From a virus: a stretch of DNA of 45,653 nt. The stretch lies in IMG/VR virus record IMGVR_UViG_3300045988_115079, one strand, 5' to 3'. The notes under the pieces are model-generated. The model did not search any database, was not told the DNA's origin, and was given only the letters and a program-made list of their open reading frames with translations. The translations under genes and the position numbers were made by a program. Positions 23,013-32,272 of this stretch are shown in pieces (positions within the stretch are counted from its first letter, which is position 1; every line of letters starts with the position of its first letter).

Positions 23013-24044
23013 TCAGCCCGTAGTGACTGCCTTCGTGAATATGGGCGCAGATTCGCTGGACTGAACATTCACAGTCTTAACGCCGGTCGGCGCAGTGAAC
23101 GAAGTCGAAATTCCAGTAAACTTGCAATGATACCATTCGGGGCCGTGATCAAGACCAACCTGCCCGAAAATCTGGTATTTCTCACCCGCGCCGGTCTTTG
23201 CAAGCTGTTCCAAGAAGAAATTGCCCTTGCCCGGAACCGGCTGGAATACCGGCGAAATCACACCCATGTTAAGCAGCAGCGCCGTACCGGACGGAATGTA
23301 GCTACCCAGATACAGGTTGATCGAGCCCAGCGGCGTAAGCACACGGGAAAGCTTAATGCCGTTGATATCGCTTACCATATCCGCAACCCTCAGCCCGTTG
23401 TTTTCCGCGTCTGCGTTGATCTGATAAAGCGTAGTTGCGTCACACAGCAATACAAGATCGTTAATCGGCGCATTCGATTCATAAATCTTCTTCATGCCGT
23501 CCGCAATCGCCCACAAGCCCAACGGCTTGTTCGCCATTGCAACCTTGTTGCTGTCGATCGCTGCCACCATGCCGCGCGTCTTGTTGATTGTCGCATCCGT
23601 GGTTGCTTCGTTATAAGCACCGTTAATGAACGTATACTCCATATCACCGCGGATTTTTTCCATCTTTGCTGCTACCTGAAAATCCAGTTCGTTAATCGGA
23701 TTCGCAGTCTGGTTCGCGATGTTCACGCCGGAGAGCGTGCCCGTGTTGGACATCTTGCCGTAAGAGATACCAACAGTTTCCTGAAAAATCTGGGTTACAT
23801 TGTACTTCTGCGCACGGGTTACAACGGTTGCATCCGGCGCGGTAAGCGATGCAGATTCGCTGATCGCAGGCTGTGCGCCGGTGCTGCCGCCCGTGTATTC
23901 CTGCCCGGTTACGAATTTAACGCTGTTCGTGATTTTGGCTCTGCCGCCAATCATCGTGCTAAACGGGGTTCGCGTATTGCCCTTGTTAAATAGCTGACCG
24001 CTATAATTCAGAACCCCAAAGCTGGTTGCGAAAGTGTCTGCCAT
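23013..24044 (-). CDS. Major capsid protein
   Basis: 343 aa, follows the scaffold gene. Strong RBS AGGAGGGAAAAC. Confidence 0.8.
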   Translation of the reverse strand: MADTFATSFGVLNYSGQLFNKGNTRTPFSTMIGGRAKITNSVKFVTGQEYTGGSTGAQPAISESASLTAPDATVVTRAQKYNVTQIFQETVGISYGKMSNTGTLSGVNIANQTANPINELDFQVAAKMEKIRGDMEYTFINGAYNEATTDATINKTRGMVAAIDSNKVAMANKPLGLWAIADGMKKIYESNAPINDLVLLCDATTLYQINADAENNGLRVADMVSDINGIKLSRVLTPLGSINLYLGSYIPSGTALLLNMGVISPVFQPVPGKGNFFLEQLAKTGAGEKYQIFGQVGLDHGPEWYHCKFTGISTSFTAPTGVKTVNVQSSESAPIFTKAVTTG

Positions 24045-24062
24045 GTTTTGTTTTCCCTCCTA

Positions 24063-24635
24063 TTAGGTCGTAGTAGTGGTTTCCTGCTGCTGCGAAAGTC
24101 GCGTGTAATATACGCTTGCCACGTTATCACCGCGCGTTGCAGCATCCTGTGCCATCTTCGCATAGTCAATTCCGGTTGTATTCGGCGTACCTGCGCCCGG
24201 TCTGGGCGTTTCGCGCAACAGCTCGGCCTTGACGTTCGCCCTGACGGCTTCCTGATGCTTCGCGAAGTTCGCGAACACCACATCCATCTTGCCATCTGCA
24301 AAGGCAGTCGCGGTTTCATCCGCCAGCTTCTTATCAAAGCCCAGCCCGACATATTCAGCGGTATACTTCGAAATAGAGCGCTCACGGCGCAATGCGTTCA
24401 ATTCGGTTTCCATCTCATTGAACTTCTCAGCCGTTTCGGTCGCTTTCTGTTCGCTGTCGGTCAGCGTCGAAGTATACTTTTTCTTGTACTCCGCCGCTTC
24501 ACTCGCGTACTTGTCCGCAACGTCCTTCTTTACATAGCCGCTCATGTCGATCTCGTGCCCCTGAATCAGTTTCAACTGTTCCTCTGCGCTCATGCCGTCC
24601 TTGTAGCCCGGAATTTTCGTAATGTCCAGTTTCAT
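24063..24635 (-). CDS. Scaffolding protein
   Basis: 190 aa, highly charged helical protein directly upstream of the capsid gene. Confidence 0.7.
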   Translation of the reverse strand: MKLDITKIPGYKDGMSAEEQLKLIQGHEIDMSGYVKKDVADKYASEAAEYKKKYTSTLTDSEQKATETAEKFNEMETELNALRRERSISKYTAEYVGLGFDKKLADETATAFADGKMDVVFANFAKHQEAVRANVKAELLRETPRPGAGTPNTTGIDYAKMAQDAATRGDNVASVYYTRLSQQQETTTTT

Positions 24636-24738
24636 ATTTTCCCTCCTGCGCTTGTTGAGGATGATCTCCCACCCATATGCTTGCGTTATTTATCCGGCGT
24701 TCTCTCGCCGCTTGCGCTTTTAGGTCATCTCCGACCGC

Positions 24739-24769
24739 ATAAAAAAGCCACACGCATACGCATGTGGCT
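24739..24769 (-). terminator. Internal terminator/attenuator within the late operon
   Basis: agccaca-cgcatacgca-tgtggct hairpin, followed on the minus strand by ttttttatgc. Confidence 0.6.
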
Positions 24770-24779
24770 AAATGCCATG

Positions 24780-25454
24780 TTATTCATCTGTCACCGGTTC
24801 TATCGTGCAGCGGCAATTATAATGCGGTTTGTCCGGAACCGCGTCTATCGGGAATATCATCCCGTCCAAACGCCCGCATTCCTTGCACACCTTGTCATCC
24901 TTCTGTGAAATCCAGCGCACCTTGCGCACCCCTGCATCTTTGTATGCCGCGATTGCCGCGCGATCTTCAATGTCGATCATTGCTTGCCGCGTCTGGCGTA
25001 TCCATGCGTTTTCAGCTGCACGATAATCATTCTCCATCTCGCGCCGCTGCTTCGATTCCGCATCCGCGACAAGCGATTCAAAAAACCGCGCGCGCTTGCG
25101 TTCCGCTTCAGTCACATATACATATTTCGTCACGGGATTGTATTCGGATTGAATCCCGTCCAGCCATTTTCCCGATATCGCCTTTTTTGCTTTTTGTAAA
25201 TTTTCAGATTCAGGAATATTCGGCTGTACTTCTGCATATGCTTCCATGTAGACCCAAAATCCAAGGTCTAGAAACGCATCGCGATTCTTTTCCTCCAGTA
25301 GCTTGTATACACGCTTCGATTCGGCTTGTATCGTGCGCACCGGCTGATTGATCTGCTCGAAATTGAGCGTCAGCCGCGATTTCTTGAAGATTCGTGTGAT
25401 CGAAACAATCAACGCCTTCAATTTTCGGTCGCCGACCGCGTACCAGTTACGCAT
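24780..25454 (-). CDS. Head morphogenesis protein, SPP1 gp7 / Mu F-like
   Basis: C-terminal motif DDKVCKECGRLDGMIFPIDAVPDKPHYNCRCTIEP is typical of this family. Located after the portal gene. Confidence 0.8.
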   Translation of the reverse strand: MRNWYAVGDRKLKALIVSITRIFKKSRLTLNFEQINQPVRTIQAESKRVYKLLEEKNRDAFLDLGFWVYMEAYAEVQPNIPESENLQKAKKAISGKWLDGIQSEYNPVTKYVYVTEAERKRARFFESLVADAESKQRREMENDYRAAENAWIRQTRQAMIDIEDRAAIAAYKDAGVRKVRWISQKDDKVCKECGRLDGMIFPIDAVPDKPHYNCRCTIEPVTDE

Positions 25455-26913
25455 CGTCCTTCACTTCATCCTTTTTCAGATCGACGGTCGTTTGTTCGCC
25501 GTTATCTTCCGGATTCTCCGAATTATCATCGGTCGTATCCTCGTATTCCCACTTTTTCAAGTACGGCAATGATGCTTCATAAACCTCTGTAGGATCGCCG
25601 AATAACCCGCACTGTGCGATTGCGTGCAGCGGATCAATGCCGGAAGATAGCATGTTCGTCAGCGTCTGCGACTTGCTCAGAATATCTTCGTAGTTGCGGC
25701 GCGTGAACTTCATATCGATTTCGGAAATCGAAAGATTCAGTACGCCCATGTTCCGACAGATGCCCAGAACCACGCGCAGGAATTCCGTTTCACTGCGTTT
25801 CCATAGCAGTTCGCTGTCCTTTGCGCGCGCATCCGCAGAATACCATCCGCCGCGCATGAATGCCGCGCCGTTATTCGATGAATCGCTTGTATTCTCGCTC
25901 GCCATCGCGGGCATACCGGTAATGGTCAAAACCTCTTTATATAGGTTGTCCATCAATACTTGCTGATCGCCCTGATTCAGTTCCGGGCTTAACAGCTTCA
26001 AATCCGAATCAACACCCTGACTGCTCTTGATCATCACCGCGCCATTATCTTTGATCGCGTCAAGATCATCTTCGCCATCATATTCACAATTCTTGAACAC
26101 CATAAGCGATTGCACGGTCTGTTCTGTGCCATCAATACGATTGCTCTGCAATGTGTTCATCGTGTCCAGCAGCGTTTCAACGATCTCGAATGAACCAATC
26201 CGCGAATTATTATTGATATATTCAATAATTGGCACGCGCCCAAGCATATGATCGCTGCGCTTGCGTATCGTCATGCCGTTTTCGCCGCCCGAAAGATCGA
26301 TCTCATAGAACGTCTTGTCGGTGTACACATTCGCGATCTCATGATCAATGCCGGTTGCTTCATCCTTGCGTATAATCATGAACACGCCGCACACCACCGG
26401 CGCGCCGACGCCCGTATAACGAACGACGAACGTCTGTTCAGGATTCAGCGTATACACATTGAACGGCGATTCATCCGCGTCTGCATAGTTGGGATTGCTG
26501 TTCGGCAATACCAGTCGATACGCCACGCCGCAGATATTGAAATCATCCGCAATCTCTTTATCCTTTGCCGATTTTGCTTCCAGATGCATGTAATCGCTCA
26601 GTTTGGCAATCGCTTTCGTCGCCTTCCTGGCGCCGCGCTTGACGTACATAATCGGCTCGGAAAGCAGATACGATACCTTGAAGCTTACGATCTCATTGGC
26701 GTGATTCAGCACGCACTTGTTATTGATGTTCGGTCGTACTTCCTTGATGCGCTGCAAGATCGGCTGATTGCCCCTGTATACGTCGAACAGGTGCCGAATC
26801 TCAGCCTGATTGCGCTTGAAATCGCCCATCGCTTTCGCCAGCACATCCCTGATATTGCCGTCGTTTATCTCGGCATATGCCGTGAAAATCGGTCTGCGCC
26901 CGAAGGTTGGCAT
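25447..26913 (-). CDS. Portal protein (SPP1 gp6-like)
   Basis: 488 aa, between terL and the MuF-like gene. Confidence 0.8.
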   Translation of the reverse strand: MPTFGRRPIFTAYAEINDGNIRDVLAKAMGDFKRNQAEIRHLFDVYRGNQPILQRIKEVRPNINNKCVLNHANEIVSFKVSYLLSEPIMYVKRGARKATKAIAKLSDYMHLEAKSAKDKEIADDFNICGVAYRLVLPNSNPNYADADESPFNVYTLNPEQTFVVRYTGVGAPVVCGVFMIIRKDEATGIDHEIANVYTDKTFYEIDLSGGENGMTIRKRSDHMLGRVPIIEYINNNSRIGSFEIVETLLDTMNTLQSNRIDGTEQTVQSLMVFKNCEYDGEDDLDAIKDNGAVMIKSSQGVDSDLKLLSPELNQGDQQVLMDNLYKEVLTITGMPAMASENTSDSSNNGAAFMRGGWYSADARAKDSELLWKRSETEFLRVVLGICRNMGVLNLSISEIDMKFTRRNYEDILSKSQTLTNMLSSGIDPLHAIAQCGLFGDPTEVYEASLPYLKKWEYEDTTDDNSENPEDNGEQTTVDLKKDEVKDDA

Positions 26914-26931
26914 TGGTTATCACCTCTCAAA

Positions 26932-29571
26932 TTAGAATAGCCGTTTCGCGAACGTCACGCGCGCTACGCTGCCGCCGTACATCATGTCCGCCAGCATTGC
27001 AAGGCTGTCCGGCGCGTCGTCGTGAATGTTCTTGCCACTTTGCGTGAACATCGTCACTTCGTTCATGAACGCCCTGTATTCGCTGTCGCGATGGTTCGCA
27101 TCACGGAAATAGAACTTGCGAATCTCCGGCGCGTACATGATGATTCGACTAAGTTTGCTTTGTGTTGTCGGCGCGCGCCTTGAAGTAATGTTCAAGCGTA
27201 TATTCTCAGCGCGCAATTGTGAATCGACGATATCGGCGTATTCATCTCCGCCGTTATTCTGTTCGAACTGCGTCTGATGCGGTTTATGCATCTTCATTTT
27301 CGCCACTACAATCGGGCGCGTAACCGTCTTATCGCCGCGATTGAATACCACATCATGGATGTACGCGCTATCTCCATACACATACGCGAACGGCATACTC
27401 AGACTATCGCCGCCGCCCCATGCGGTATCGCAAGCCGCCATGATTCTGTCCGGATCACCATCCGGAAGCACGCCATTGTAATACCGCAAGTCCGGTTCGG
27501 GGAATAACAACCCTTCACGAATGTACGGCGACCCCATGTATTTCGCCCACCATGTCGCCGCGTCGATCGATTCGCGCATGTCATGGTAATATGCGTCGTC
27601 GAATCCCAGATCGAAATCATATGTGAAATTGCTATGATCGTTCTCATCCAGCGCAGGAATAACCCTGAATCGATAGTCGGGATCATCTGCATACTGCTGC
27701 TGAATCATGCCCAATGGATCAAACACGTTCCACCGCGTTCCGACCATCAATTCAAGCGCACCCAGCTTTTTACGATCCTTCAACTGGTTCAGATACGCGT
27801 CGTATTTCGCCTGTAGTCGAATCGGATTCAGCGATTCCTCCAAGTCCTCAATCAAGTCGTCGCAGTACAGAATGCCGCCGTTGCCGATTTCAACCGCGCC
27901 CGTCAATGTACCGCCGATAGAACGGCATGTAATCGTCGGGAAGCGCTTGATCTGGTTCAGATCGATTGTTTCATTCTTCGCGCTTTTATCAACGATCTTC
28001 ACATCGTCGAATATCTCCGACCATGCATAGGTTTCATTGTCCGTCATAATGGATAGAATCTCTCGAAAAAATCCGTCCGTCAGCTTATCGCTATGCCCGC
28101 TCATCACGCTTGCTATATCCGGTCGATTCCCCATCACCCATGTCATAAATATAATACACAGAGTGCTGTTATGTGTTGGAATTAATCTCTTCCCAACACA
28201 ATACAATCCGCCTTCAACAGAAATACAATTCCCTTGCTTCGGATCAATGTACTCAATCTTGCTAATTGACAATCTTCGCTGTTTTGAGAATGTTCTCAGT
28301 TGTTTGCGTTCAACTTGACACGGAATATAACAATCAGGATTAAAAGCAATAACCCAATACGAATGCTTACCCATTATTCCGCTACTCGACAAATGCGGCT
28401 CTTGCCTTGTAACAGAACACCTCCATCCGAACGTAGATACAAGCGAAATGAAATCATCACGCAATCTTTGTTCTGAAGTTGTAAACTGATACCTGTTTTC
28501 ACTTTTAACCAAGCATCCGTCAGTATCAATCAATCCTGCCAGCAATGCTAACCTGTGCTGAATTGGCGCAGTTAGATATAAATCTGGAATGTGTTTCTCT
28601 ACTCTACGTCTACTATGACACATTCCAAGTTCCTGCAAATCTTTTCGCAACCCACCAAAACCATAGTATTCAACACCTGTCGTTTTGTGCGTTGTATGCC
28701 ATGCTACCGGATATCCGTCAGCTATGATCCGTTCAACGATCGCTCTATCCTGTTTATCTCCGCATATGTCAGGATTGTTGTTGCGACCATCGCCAAGCCA
28801 TGCCCCAAGCGTGTAAGCCGGAACAGGAAGATGCTTACATTCACCAAGTGCATATCCCTTTTGTGGAATTATGTAATGATACCTATGTCCACGCTTTCCA
28901 GGCTCACCACTTTCGTAATCAGACATCATCGCTTTTGTTTCAAGCACATCATAACGCTGTTTGTGCCGGTTATATACGAACCATTCATGGTTTTCGTGAA
29001 CATCAACAAATGTTCCATCGCTGAAATAGACGCGAACATTTGCATAAGCCTTTGGGAATACATGAGTTACCTTGACGAATTGCCCACTCGGCGAAATTAC
29101 TCTATCCCCAATAATAAGATCGCCATGATTCTTCCACCCATCACTTGTCAGTACAGCTGTGTCATCACTGACAAGTTTCCCTACGCGCGGCGGCAAACTG
29201 ATGCCCAGAAACTTGATTTCCCCACTAAAAAGCGCCTGTAGATCATCTACAAGCGGTTTCAATACCTTGCGTCGTGGAAGATAGAATTTCTTCTCAGGTT
29301 CGCGCTTCCATTCCAGCGCTATGATATAATCATCAAGGCAGTACCTTGCATTCAGTCTATACAGGTTTCCCAGCATCGTATAGGCTTCTCCAGATTGCGC
29401 AGATAGCTTTTTCACGGCTTTTCGAAGCTGCTTATTGCATTCTCCCGCCAGCTTCTTGTCCTCGCTGTAAAGCCCTTCCACGCATTGATACAGTATCCTT
29501 GCAAGCTCCATGCTGCAATGCGTCTGCGCTCTCTTGATGCCCTCTGCAAACACATCGGCATAGTTGCTCAT
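26932..29571 (-). CDS. terL: Terminase large subunit interrupted by an intein in the Walker A motif
   Basis: 879 aa, versus about 540 aa once residues 133-468 are removed. The exteins join as LPPRVGK-STLCII (P-loop GKS/T). The downstream nuclease-type region includes AACDTAWGGGDS and IHDDAPDS. Confidence 0.9.
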   Translation of the reverse strand: MSNYADVFAEGIKRAQTHCSMELARILYQCVEGLYSEDKKLAGECNKQLRKAVKKLSAQSGEAYTMLGNLYRLNARYCLDDYIIALEWKREPEKKFYLPRRKVLKPLVDDLQALFSGEIKFLGISLPPRVGKLVSDDTAVLTSDGWKNHGDLIIGDRVISPSGQFVKVTHVFPKAYANVRVYFSDGTFVDVHENHEWFVYNRHKQRYDVLETKAMMSDYESGEPGKRGHRYHYIIPQKGYALGECKHLPVPAYTLGAWLGDGRNNNPDICGDKQDRAIVERIIADGYPVAWHTTHKTTGVEYYGFGGLRKDLQELGMCHSRRRVEKHIPDLYLTAPIQHRLALLAGLIDTDGCLVKSENRYQFTTSEQRLRDDFISLVSTFGWRCSVTRQEPHLSSSGIMGKHSYWVIAFNPDCYIPCQVERKQLRTFSKQRRLSISKIEYIDPKQGNCISVEGGLYCVGKRLIPTHNSTLCIIFMTWVMGNRPDIASVMSGHSDKLTDGFFREILSIMTDNETYAWSEIFDDVKIVDKSAKNETIDLNQIKRFPTITCRSIGGTLTGAVEIGNGGILYCDDLIEDLEESLNPIRLQAKYDAYLNQLKDRKKLGALELMVGTRWNVFDPLGMIQQQYADDPDYRFRVIPALDENDHSNFTYDFDLGFDDAYYHDMRESIDAATWWAKYMGSPYIREGLLFPEPDLRYYNGVLPDGDPDRIMAACDTAWGGGDSLSMPFAYVYGDSAYIHDVVFNRGDKTVTRPIVVAKMKMHKPHQTQFEQNNGGDEYADIVDSQLRAENIRLNITSRRAPTTQSKLSRIIMYAPEIRKFYFRDANHRDSEYRAFMNEVTMFTQSGKNIHDDAPDSLAMLADMMYGGSVARVTFAKRLF
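28168..29175 (-). mobile_element. Intein (336 aa) with LAGLIDADG homing endonuclease domain; candidate class 3 (WCT) intein
   Basis: Block A-like LVSDDTAVLTSDG with no N-terminal Cys/Ser/Thr. Block B VHENHEW. LAGLIDADG motifs LGAWLGDGRNNN and LAGLIDTDGCL. Block F GNCISVEG. C-terminus PTHN followed by Ser. AT-richer than the flanking terL by eye. Confidence 0.8.
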
Positions 29572-29953
29572 GGTCTACTCCTTTTTTTGTCTTTTTTTAT
29601 TTTTTCGGCGGTAGAAGTGTTCACCCCGGCCAGACATGACACATAGAAACCCCAGGGGGTGCCAATAGTCCAGATTGACAGCCTGGAACAGGATACCCCC
29701 ATCATTAAATCATCCCCACGGATGAATGATAGAATGAATCATGTGTGAATAGGGGTATGCGATGCTATTCAATCCATCATTGCACTGAATGTTTACGAAA
29801 CTACACATCTATGCGTAAAAGCATTGTTTTGCGCATAGATAATACACGAATGCACAATAAAACAGGCTGCAATATATGCAACCTGCACCATGCACCATAT
29901 GCACCCAATCATGCAGGTGATTTATACGCCAGAATATACATAATCATGCATGT

Positions 29954-30502
29954 TTAATCATCATCCGGCAATGCATTTAAACGCTGCTGCAATTGATCCG
30001 GCTGCATCTGTTCCGAAATGGGTTTAGCTGTAACGTTGTAATCCACAACATCCTGATACCCGAACTGATTTTTTCCTAGGAATATCCCACACGGTGGATT
30101 AATCCCACCAGATTGCATCGCATATTCCCAATTAGATTCTAATGCGGCATAGGTTTTTTTGATTAAGTCCCGTGTGCCATTGGGTAAATCATCATACCCA
30201 TGCCCTGATATGTCTGATTTTATTTCCCATAATCTACGGCGATCAATCCCTAAAACAGAAGCCAATGCTGATATACCTGGTCTAATTTCGTTTTCCTGAC
30301 ACAAATTAAAATATTCCAGAATGCGTTTAGACACCTGATCGGGATCGTATAGATCAACAGATGGCCAACTAATTACAGCAGCCATCAAAGCCATAGATTT
30401 ATTCGTGATTCGTAAATCAGTGCCAAATATTGGGCTGCCATTCGGATTATTATTTTTACTGGGCATTTTAGATTTACTAGGTTTCGTTGCCATCTGTTTC
30501 AC
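29954..30502 (-). CDS. terS: Terminase small subunit
   Basis: 182 aa upstream of terL. Contains HTH-like ISALASVLGIDRRRLWEI and has a basic N-terminus. Confidence 0.7.
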   Translation of the reverse strand: MKQMATKPSKSKMPSKNNNPNGSPIFGTDLRITNKSMALMAAVISWPSVDLYDPDQVSKRILEYFNLCQENEIRPGISALASVLGIDRRRLWEIKSDISGHGYDDLPNGTRDLIKKTYAALESNWEYAMQSGGINPPCGIFLGKNQFGYQDVVDYNVTAKPISEQMQPDQLQQRLNALPDDD

Positions 30503-30582
30503 CTCCCATTTTAATTTTAATTATTTGAATAAATTGAATAAATGAAAAAGGCATAGACTATTCGCCCACACCTGCCAGCATG

Positions 30583-30591
30583 ATTATAACA
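30583..30591 (-). promoter_or_regulatory. Candidate extended -10 element (TGtTATAAT on the minus strand) upstream of terS
   Basis: The plus strand reads attataaca. No good -35 at 17 nt. The direct repeats at 30621..30638 lie where an activator site would be. Confidence 0.35.
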
Positions 30592-30620
30592 CATGCATCG
30601 AATTGGAAATCAATGGAAGG

Positions 30621-30638
30621 TTACTGGATTTTACTGGA
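30621..30638. repeat. Direct repeat ttactgga x2 (10-bp period)
   Basis: ttactggattttactgga, located between the divergent promoters. Confidence 0.8.
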
Positions 30639-30657
30639 CACAATTGTTAAACATTTA

Positions 30658-30687
30658 TGAAATCGTGTATTTTGGGGTGAAATCGTG
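30658..30687. repeat. Direct repeat tgaaatcgtg x2 (20-bp period) just upstream of the -35 of the plus-strand promoter
   Basis: Copies at 30658-30667 and 30678-30687. Confidence 0.8.
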
Positions 30688-30697
30688 GATTTCGTTG

Positions 30698-30726
30698 TTG
30701 ACATAGGGGCATCCCTATGTTATAAT
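30698..30726 (+). promoter_or_regulatory. Consensus sigma70 promoter of the opposite-strand cassette
   Basis: TTGACA (30698-30703), 17-nt spacer containing TAGGG-gcat-CCCTA, extended -10 TGtTATAAT (30718-30726). Confidence 0.8.
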
Positions 30727-30770
30727 ATATACAGTGGTTGAGGGAACCACTAGAAAGGCGGGTGGAAAGG

Positions 30771-30899
30771 ATGAACGATGAAATGACTAGCGCTGAACTG
30801 AATCAGTTTTTGGAAACTATCGCAAAGCTGGTTGAAGCGACCGCAAACGACGCGAAGGACGCTGCAAAGATCATTCGCGAAAGCAAAGTGAAGTCGTAA
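30771..30899 (+). CDS. Small helical protein (42 aa), not in the ORF track
   Basis: First ORF after the promoter: MNDEMTSAELNQFLETIAKLVEATANDAKDAAKIIRESKVKS. SD-like GGGTGG 5 nt upstream. Confidence 0.4.
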   Translation: MNDEMTSAELNQFLETIAKLVEATANDAKDAAKIIRESKVKS

Positions 30900-31041
30900 A
30901 ACAAAAGGCCAGCGCCCCATGCAAAGTTCGCTGACCTAATCCAAATCGGCAATGAGCGGCAGCCCGCCGCCGTTCATTGCCACCATTGTAACAGAAAAAG
31001 CGAAATAAATCAAGATCAAATATCAGGAGGAAACAACAACA

Positions 31042-31305
31042 ATGAAGAAGCTGTACAAGGTAAACACGAACGCAGGAACCGATATGATCTGTCTGGATCA
31101 TGATAACAAACTGGGCTGGATTTATCAGGGTACGGACGGATGGCAGTACGATCATTCGATCGACGAAGTAACCGACGTTAGCGGCTGGGATCGCGGTAGC
31201 GATGATCCGGAACAGCAGTATATCGATCTGCTGAACATGATCGAAAACGATCCGAACGTTAAAATCATCGAAGAACGCGAAAGCGTTGACGGAATGGATT
31301 TCTGA
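31042..31305 (+). CDS. Hypothetical acidic protein (87 aa)
   Basis: RBS AGGAGGAAAC. Confidence 0.6.
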   Translation: MKKLYKVNTNAGTDMICLDHDNKLGWIYQGTDGWQYDHSIDEVTDVSGWDRGSDDPEQQYIDLLNMIENDPNVKIIEERESVDGMDF

Positions 31306-31465
31306 AGAAAAACAAAACCCTTTCGCCGGTGTAGGATACCGGCGAAAGGGAAAGCGGAAGCCAGCAGAAACAACAAAACCGCCGAATACCCGCCACGCCT
31401 GTAATTATAGCAGGTTCGGGCGGCGGAAGTCAAGCACGAATTTTAATTACAGGAGGAATAATAAA

Positions 31466-32218
31466 ATGACTACGTACACGATCACCAACAACGCCAAATT
31501 TGACAGCCGAGAAGTTTCATTCGATGACAAACCGCAAGTATCTGTTTTGTCGGCACTGAAGGCGCTGGGCATGCGCTGGAATTCGAAGCGCGTCCTGTGG
31601 TACGGATTCGCCAGCGAGGACGAAATCAAAAACGCGATCATGCAGGCACAGCCGGAAGAGGTTCCCGCACAGATCGCGCAGGCTGGTTATTTAGGTGCTG
31701 TCGCTATTTCCGGCGCAAAGTCTAACCGCCGTTTGTATGGCGCGGAATTGTCCGCAGCAATCCGAGCGGATATCAAGGCCGCAGGGATCAAGGGCGTGAC
31801 CGTGAAGGTGAAGGAATTCAGCGGCGGTCAGGAAATCACCGCGACCATCAAAGGCAGCGCCGCCGATTGTGCAGATCGCGCCGAATACATCGACAAATGG
31901 ACGCCGGGCGGGCGAAACTGGATTGATCTGGGCGATGATGGCACGATATCCGCGCGCGATTTCTACGCGATGGAAGACGGACAGAACGAAATCCGCATGA
32001 AGGCCGCAGCGATCGAATACGACGCAAGAACCTGCGCAGGGTTCCACAGCGTAAATCAGTACCACATCGACAGTTACACCGAATTCACGCCGGAATTCAT
32101 CGCGAAAATCAACGCAGTGAATGCGATCATTCGCAACTACAATTATGACGATAGTAACAGCATGGTTGATTATTTCGATACCAATTTTTACTACGATCTG
32201 TATGTAAAAATCTGCTAA
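31466..32218 (+). CDS. Hypothetical 250-aa protein; the N-terminal module resembles domains seen in conjugative-element/phage polyvalent proteins (weak recollection)
   Basis: ATG 31466 after AGGAGGAATAATAAA. N-terminus TITNNAKFDSREVSFDDKPQVSVLSALKALGMRWNSKRVLWYG. Confidence 0.6.
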   Translation: MTTYTITNNAKFDSREVSFDDKPQVSVLSALKALGMRWNSKRVLWYGFASEDEIKNAIMQAQPEEVPAQIAQAGYLGAVAISGAKSNRRLYGAELSAAIRADIKAAGIKGVTVKVKEFSGGQEITATIKGSAADCADRAEYIDKWTPGGRNWIDLGDDGTISARDFYAMEDGQNEIRMKAAAIEYDARTCAGFHSVNQYHIDSYTEFTPEFIAKINAVNAIIRNYNYDDSNSMVDYFDTNFYYDLYVKIC

Positions 32219-32272
32219 CAATGAACGACTGCCGCGCCCACCCGGCAAAAGGTGGGCAGAAAGGAGGAAAAC

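Noticed and set aside
23127-24908. 288-aa and 286-aa plus-strand ORFs
   Set aside because: They are antisense to the major capsid, scaffold and MuF-like genes. Arg-rich shadow translations.
28591-29241. 216-aa plus-strand ORF within the intein region
   Set aside because: It is antisense to the intein/homing endonuclease coding sequence, whose own frame carries clear LAGLIDADG and splicing motifs.
29745-29957. Cys/His-rich 70-aa plus ORF in the terS-terL gap (possible HNH remnant)
   Set aside because: It is on the wrong strand relative to the operon, has no SD, and no recognisable HNH spacing. The C/H richness follows from the TGCA/CATG-rich repeats.
31318-31350. 13-bp-stem hairpin as a plus-strand terminator inside the cassette
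   Set aside because: It has no downstream U tract on the plus strand. It would only look like a terminator on the minus strand, where nothing is expected to be transcribed. I kept it as a possible processing or attenuation element, noted in the cassette finding.
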